A DNA stretch of 64,000 bases from Eledone cirrhosa (taxonomy: Eukaryota). The stretch's first letter is position 1; the number at the start of each line of letters is the position of its first letter. A program made the position numbers and the translations under genes. Below the pieces are notes generated by a model that was not told where the DNA came from, did not search any database, and worked only from the letters and a program-made list of their open reading frames with translations. Positions 56,113-64,000 of the stretch are shown here, one piece after another. The stretch is taken from assembly GCA_964016885.1 (NCBI GenBank), contig OZ024749.1, forward strand, positions 46,748,001 to 46,812,000, given 5' to 3'.

Positions 56113-57910
56113 TTAATTACATTGAGCTATACCTTTTACTGTCATTTCTATAATACGAAGAGGGTGTTTAACTCCAACACGCTCCAGTATTTTAATCCTT
56201 ATATATATATATATACATATAGATGGATATATAGATATGTATGTATATATATATACTGTTGAATCTTTACATATTGCAGACATTATATTACTAATCACCT
56301 GACTAATGATTTAATTTCATTCACATGTTTTTGTACTAGACCTTGTAGACGCAGTTGATATTCTAGGAGTAAAATGTGGGATGTTTGAGATATTCTTGAT
56401 TTGAAATTATGTTATATACAATATAATGCTGAATCCAATTAAATTGGTAATAAGATGTGCAGAGAAATTGGCATCTTAATACAACTGTGCGATGTATAAT
56501 GTTGATCTGAACTAGCTAACCATGAAAGCCAGACATAGATTTCATGAACTAAATATATTTATTTAGCTAGATCTCTTGAGAATGTATATCTTACATTGGG
56601 TAACGTATATAAAACGAAATACAGAAAATGAAATTATTGTATTAAATGAAATATGAAACAACCTACAGCTAACTCATAGATTTAATGATATTTATGAAAT
56701 CAGTACGAACGAGAAAAATATAATCTACATTGATAGAATCAATAAAATACAATAAATGGTACATAAGTCGAAAAGGACATAAGATCAACTATGAAGAAAA
56801 TTGAGAATAAGAGGCCCCATCACTCTCAGAGTAATATGTTGGCAAATCCCGAAGGCATATGCTATATACAATCATTTTATAATCTATATTTCAGAATTCA
56901 CATAATCATTCATCAGGAAATACGTCTGAAATTGAAATTAAAATATATAGAATATTATACTAAATGTATCTGTGTTTCTCTTAACTATAAGTCATCTTTG
57001 AATAAACAAACATTTCAATGAATGGTGTTCTAGCAATGACCAACTAGTTTACTATTCAGTTATTACTTGGTAGGAATATATTATGGAATGTTTTGTAAAA
57101 AAAGATGGGAAGAGATCTCATCGATATTTGGCAGCTGCATTTGGGGGTGGAGTAACAAATATGGTTACCCTAAAGAAGTTTCCTTAAATTGGTTTCTTAT
57201 CAGGAAAATACGAGATATAACGCTTCAGTCAAGATTTTTTTCCCTAAACGTCAGGAATGATGCCCTCAAAAGGCATACATGCTGATCGTATTTAATGAAT
57301 AGAACGGCGTTTTTTTCATTATTTTTCAGTCAGGCCAACTATCATTGGTTTCCTCGTATTCGGGCTTTTTATGAGCTTCATGAAATTGGATTTTGTTGAA
57401 ATATTACAAAGATGTATGAAGAAGAAAGCATAAATAGACACATGTTATATGATTACATATACGACCAAACCACCAGGAAACATTACAATGAGATCTTTCT
57501 TGAGATACACTTTAGGATACTAAACATTCCTGAAACTTTCCGTAAATATTATGTAGTACATGCTATAAAAATGACAACAAACCTGACGCACTTAAATTAT
57601 CAACATTATAAATTGTCACTAAATCATAGATGCATACCTAAAGTTTGTGAGTTCTGGTCATTGATAGACGTCTCATTTTGTAGTTCAGAGTGAGCGAGAG
57701 GGTTTCCAACTAATTGATACATTACCTAGTGATGATAAATATAGAGAACTGACAATTCTTTTGTGACATTCCTGATGATTTCATAGGAAAGAAAAAGTTC
57801 TACTCCTATAGAATTCATGTTGATAGATGACATGACTGTAGTCGCCAGAGAAACGATTGTAATATGACCAATAAATTCCATTCGTCGCAAAATTGATTCT
57901 CTTTTTTTCT

Positions 57911-57983
<73 letters not shown>

Positions 57984-58552
57984 ATATGTGTATGTGTGTG
58001 TTTGTATGTGTGTGTGTGTGTGTGTGTGTTAACAACGTGGTTACATGTACCCAATCTCTCACACAGAACGCTTAATTATTGGGCCGTCAATTATGAAATG
58101 TGTAGAAAGAACAGTCCAACAAATTTCATACTTTATGATCCAATATATCAATAACAGCATGCCGCTTACCTAGGTAGCTGTTTAGAAATGTCTAACCCTA
58201 TGCACTATTTAAAAGAATATATATAACCAACAACTGAGTTCCATAGAAAATATCAACACAAGACCGTATGTAGCAGATTCGTTACATGTGTCATTTCCAT
58301 AAAAAAAATACTTTAATATAATTACTATATTGATTCCTAAAAATACTCTTTCAAATATCAAGTATTTTCCATATCCTGAAAAAGGTATTTTTATCAAACT
58401 ACTCTCTATTTGTCTACATATATATTTTCATGCAAATACATAGACAAGAACATACGGTAGAATGCATATAAATGTCATCGCATTGAAACAAGTAGGAACA
58501 TACGCGAATTCTGTCATATGCAAGCATACACGTGCATATATATATATATAGT

Positions 58553-58689
<137 letters not shown>

Positions 58690-59345
58690 TATATGTATAT
58701 ATATATTTATGTATATATATATATAAATATATATATAGTGTATATATATACATTACTAGTATAAAATGTCAAGTTCACAAAGCGTATACATTATATAGGA
58801 AGATTAATATCCATTGCCTATATCTTGCTTTTGAAAAAGGAAATCGAATACAACTCAATAAAAAGAAGAATTGCAAAAAGTAAACTTGTGTTCAAGACAC
58901 CATATCGGTAGCACTAGCCGGGTTTATGAGAAGATGAACAAAAATTTCATATATAGAAAGTTAAAAAATAAAACTATGTCTTCCTGAAATATCTTATTGA
59001 AATATGTCAATAAGGCCACTACGAACATGAACATATTTGCATTTGATCTCAACATTATATAATATTAAGTAATTGAATTTCACCTATGTTCCGTAGATGA
59101 ATTTCCATCTGTAAATGCCAGGCTTACAAAACTTTATGTGAAAGCTTTCATAATCTCTATTTATTACAATTCATCATGTCATAACATACTAGATGGAACT
59201 GCAATATAGCGTTATGGAACCATAGATATTCAGACACATAAACATTGATATACACGCGGTGACACATACTCACAGACATTCAAACATACACACACACACC
59301 CATACACACAAACGTACACACATACACCCATACCCCCCCACACCC

Positions 59346-59412
<67 letters not shown>

Positions 59413-59426
59413 ATATATATATAGAT

Positions 59427-59570
59427 GTGAAAAAAACCACAGACCCTCCATCTCAACTCTACTTTTGAAAAGCGGAAGAACAGCGAAACCGGTAGAGGAA
59501 CCAAATAAATATATATATATTTTTTTGAAAATAAAACTCCAGTTGCATTTTCGATTTCATCTTTTTTTCT
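59427..59570 (+). mobile_element. HHR-bearing repeat (family Q), copy 2, embedded in (TA)n
   Basis: Paralog of 39076-39216; HHR actt-TTGAAAA-gc...gc-GAAAC-cg-GTA-gagg at 59461-59498, then AATAAA. Confidence 0.85.
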
Positions 59571-59634
59571 CTCTCTCTCTCTATATATATATATAGACAT
59601 ACACATGTATTTATCAATATAAGTGGTACGTGAA

Positions 59635-59980
<346 letters not shown>

Positions 59981-60288
59981 ATACATGTGTGTGTGTGTGT
60001 ATGTGTGAGTGTGTGTGTGTACGTATGTACATTTATGTACTTTTCGAAATCGAAAAGACACTATATTGAAAAACCTAAATAATAGATTCGATACGATCGA
60101 GAAAATATATGATGTTGATATCATGACACAGTTCTTATGATTTAAACCTGAAAAAGGAAAAATATAACATGGGTGTCCATACCCACCCCAAAAGATAACA
60201 ACATACCAATACCTCTCTATCCCTCTCTGTCTCTCTCTCACAAATACACACACGCGCAAACACATCAGACACACTCACTGTATATAAA

Positions 60289-60359
<71 letters not shown>

Positions 60360-60362
<3 letters not shown>

Positions 60363-60536
60363 TAAGTAAGACCCCGACGGCTGAGGTCAAGCCGTTTTGA
60401 CGGCTAATTCCGTCGAAACGGCTTCAGCTCAGCCGTCGGGGTCTTACTTACTCCTATTACCCACTCTACTACCCTAAGTATTGAGTACTTTGGTGCATTA
60501 TGGTCCACCTGGTTCCTTACCACTTTTCCCTCGCTA
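60360..60536 (+). mobile_element. Fold-back half-hammerhead element (family P), copy 4
   Basis: Arms gagtaagtaagacccc/ggggtcttacttactc; GAAAC-GGCT...AGCC-GTC at 60415-60437; shared tail; (TA)n flanks. Confidence 0.88.
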
Positions 60537-60606
60537 TATATATATATACATTTACACGCACATATACATGTACACACGTATATATGTACATATATATGTA
60601 TGAATA

Positions 60607-60748
<142 letters not shown>

Positions 60749-61069
60749 GTATATGTAGATACATATATACAAATACACGTACGTATGTATATATATATAT
60801 ATTTATATATATATATGTGTGTGTGTGATGCATGGAAGAATGGTCTCCTCGAAAATCATCTGATCCGAATCTGTTTGAAATTCATATAGTCCTTCGCTTA
60901 TTGATTTCATCTCATCAAATATGTTTCTATCTTCAGCACGTGTCATATATTGAACATGAACAGCTCACTGCGACACATACATTTCTCATTTTAATATAAG
61001 TCCGTTTTTGTTTGTTTCTGTCAGCGTGCTTGTGTATGTTTTTGTGCGTATATGTATGTGTACAGGTGT

Positions 61070-61151
<82 letters not shown>

Positions 61152-62186
61152 TTGTGATTTTATCTTCGTATGTGTGGGTTTGTATTCTTATTCAGTTTAG
61201 CATTTAATTTCGTTAGTGAATTAACCTCGTCAATTGGTAATATTTCCAGCATCAAATATAATTTATATTAAAAAATTGAAATCTATTATTTTATTTTCCT
61301 TTGACCTTCTTTTCAATTCCCTTCTTAATTAATTCTCTTCTATTTATTGACATTCTGATATTTATTTTAATCTTTCGGGCATTTAAAAAAAATATTGAAA
61401 ATAATGAAATGAAGATTGAAATAGGGCGTTTGTCCTTGAATTATATTATTTTCCAAAAGTATAGATTGTGCATTATATGACACGCAGGCAAATACGTATA
61501 TAATTATTTGGCAAATAATGCATTAACTCATAACATTTCTTCACCAAGTTTTAAATTAATGGAAAATGTGCGGTATCATTACGGAAATTAATGGCGTCAA
61601 CAATATTTGAAAGCAGCTGTGTGTTTATTAGTTGGTCATTAAATATATAATATTACAATTTAACTGGAATTATATGATGAGCACAATTGCAAATGAAAAG
61701 CTAAATTTAGAAGGTTTAGCTTGTAGCTTTTAGCATCATTATATAACTAATTTTACTTTCACTCGCACGTGGTTTATTTGAAATCTATTCAGAATATACA
61801 TGATTGAATAACCAGATAACATTGGAAGTAATTATAAAAGCACATATGACATTCAGTTTAAAGTTAAATGGAAATTGATTAATTTAGACACCGACAATTT
61901 TCAATGAGCATCGTCGTACACTGAAATACAATGAACTACATGTGAGATTAAAGTGGTTCCCGGATTTACATAAACACACACACACACACACCCACACACA
62001 AACACACATACACAAACTCACAAACACATATAAATATGTGTGTGTATATAAATATGTGTATGTGTATTTGTATATTTATATATATATATACAAATATATA
62101 TACATATATATATATATATGTATATCCTCAACAGAGGTCCGATGTGCCTTTGATTCCAGAGTCGGGACAGATCGATATAGATCGAA

Positions 62187-62230
62187 CCGTGAGCTGATTA
62201 ACAGCGAAACGTGCGTCACGAATCATTAAA
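62187..62230 (+). ncRNA. Decayed hammerhead motif (5' core partly deleted)
   Basis: cgt-[missing]GA-gctg-attaa-cagc-GAAAC-gtgc-GTC-acg, then ATTAAA at 62225-62230. Confidence 0.5.
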
Positions 62231-62272
62231 CATACTGAATATTTAACAAATCGTGCTGTTATTGTTATTATT

Positions 62273-62478
62273 GGCGTTGGATTGGCAGTATCGGTAGATG
62301 GTCGGACGCCATGCTTTGACGCATAGAGTTACAGACCTTGCCATTCTTAGTTCAAATCCCGCCGAGGTTAACTTTGCCTTTCATCCTTATGTGGTCGATA
62401 AAATAAAGTACCTGTAATACACTGGATAATTGCTGGCCTTGTACCAAACGTAGAACCAATTATTATTATTATTATTAT
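62273..62478 (+). mobile_element. Full-length SINE family A with (ATT)n tail
   Basis: A/B boxes, core, and 3' end gtagaaccaattattattatt. Confidence 0.93.
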
Positions 62479-63830
62479 CATATATACATATTTATATATT
62501 AAGAGAGAGCGAGAGAGATAGATACTGAGAGATAGATGGATAATAGTACGAGATGAGATGGAAAACATCTCAGGAAAAATATGTTATATACTATCATTTT
62601 AAGGATGTATCCTACGAAAGTGTAGATACTACCATTTACCTTGGTATTTTGCTCTTAAACGAAAATGTTCCAAATTTCATATAGTTTCCTTTATCGTTTG
62701 AAATGTGTATATTTTATTTGCATGTGTATGTACATATATATACGTGTGTCTTAGTATATGTGGGTGTGTGTGCTTTTTGGAATGTACGTGAGTATATGCA
62801 TGTGTACATGATAGAATGTATGTCTGTTGCTCTGTCTGTATTTTGGTGCGTGCGTTTTTATGTGGGTGCAGGTGTGTAGTATATAATTTTCGTTTTCCAT
62901 TTTCTAATATGTTCTACGCTAGAACAGTTACACAATAACTGATGCGTATGTTATACAGTTCTCTGCAGTACTTCATACCAGTATATAGTTATATCTTCTC
63001 GGTCTAACAATGGAAACGAACAGTAGTTATATGGGCAACGGTGGAACCCTGAGTATTTATCATGATTTCCTGCTATCACCCATAAATTATATTTCGAAAT
63101 TGTTTCATAAATATTACCGAATATGTGTCTGGGTATACACAAGGGTAAACAAAAAACTAAGAGTTATTTCTCAATATAGTGCACACTAAAACAAAAGGAA
63201 ATAACAATGGGGAAAGTAAAATCGATCAGATTGCTTGAAACATAAACAAATATTTCACATATAATAAAAAAACAAATAACATATAATTGATACATTAGCA
63301 TTGAGTAAGGATGAATAAAACTAGCAATACATATACTTAAAGAGGATGATATTCGCCAAATATACCCCTGCATAGAACATACTGCTATATGTACATTTGC
63401 AATAGAGCTCACATTTTCAAGAACAATCGACCATATACATACCCAGGCACCCAACGCCAAATTATAATGACTTGTATAACTTTAAGTTTAACTTTATGAT
63501 CATCGTGTACCACTCGATGAACTTTAAATTATATGTTGTCACAAGAATTAATTCACTTTCAGTATAGAAGCAACATAATTTTGTTTACATCTACAAATCA
63601 GATGGATCTCATCGAGAGGTCTCGAATCTCATGTCTGAAAAAACGTTATTTACGGTCTCCAATTGTATTGTCAGACAAGATATTAAGTCTTCAAATATTC
63701 AAGGAATGTTAGGAATTATCACACTGATAAATGCCATAACGTAAACAACATTAGCAGTGACAATAGAAACAACAAAGACAGGGACATATATCATTACACT
63801 CAACCAACACAAAATTCACCAAAAAGTGTA

Positions 63831-64000
63831 ATAATAATTGTTTCTACTTTTGGCACAAGGCCAGCAATTACCCAGTACATTACTGGTACTTTATTTTATC
63901 GACACCATAAGGATGAAAGGCAAAGTTAAACTCGGCGGGATTTGAACTCAGATCATAAAGGGGCGTAACTATATACTTCAAAGCATGGGGTCCGACTCTC
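63831..64000 (-). mobile_element. SINE family A, cut by the window edge
   Basis: Reverse complement of the consensus 3' end, core and B-box. Confidence 0.92.

Noticed and set aside
57772-57802. CTGATGA-tttc-atag-gaaa-GAAA-aagt-TC as a hammerhead
   Set aside because: Stem II is plausible, but stem I does not pair and stem III is marginal; likely chance.

Overview
Gene-poor, AT-rich eukaryotic (metazoan) DNA made mostly of microsatellites ((TA)n, (CA)n, (GA)n, (GAA)n) and interspersed repeats. The repeat make-up suggests a mollusc, probably a coleoid cephalopod such as an octopod; this is inference, not verified. I see no intact protein-coding gene, and nearly all ORFs in the supplied track are microsatellite artefacts. 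Recognisable content: about 14 copies of one tRNA-derived SINE (Meta-domain-like core, many with clear TSDs), one copy of a second tRNA-SINE, two relics of R4/Dong-type (RLE) non-LTR retrotransposons, one RTE-clade LINE relic and a probable hAT MITE. The main hidden signal is a dense set of hammerhead-ribozyme (HHR) motifs in several unrelated, non-coding repeats, most of them embedded in (TA)n. About 9 are near-complete and several more are decayed. They include canonical CUGAUGA cores, U3-A8 compensatory cores, one with a ~116-nt stem II insert, an inverted pair and a possible type II permutation. A four-copy family keeps only the 3' half of an HHR, folded back into a copy-specific palindrome, and in one copy the hairpin loop matches a 39-bp sequence 2.5 kb downstream. 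These look like Penelope-like-element (PLE) termini or retrozyme-like non-autonomous retroelements. All structures were folded by eye and none has been tested for activity.
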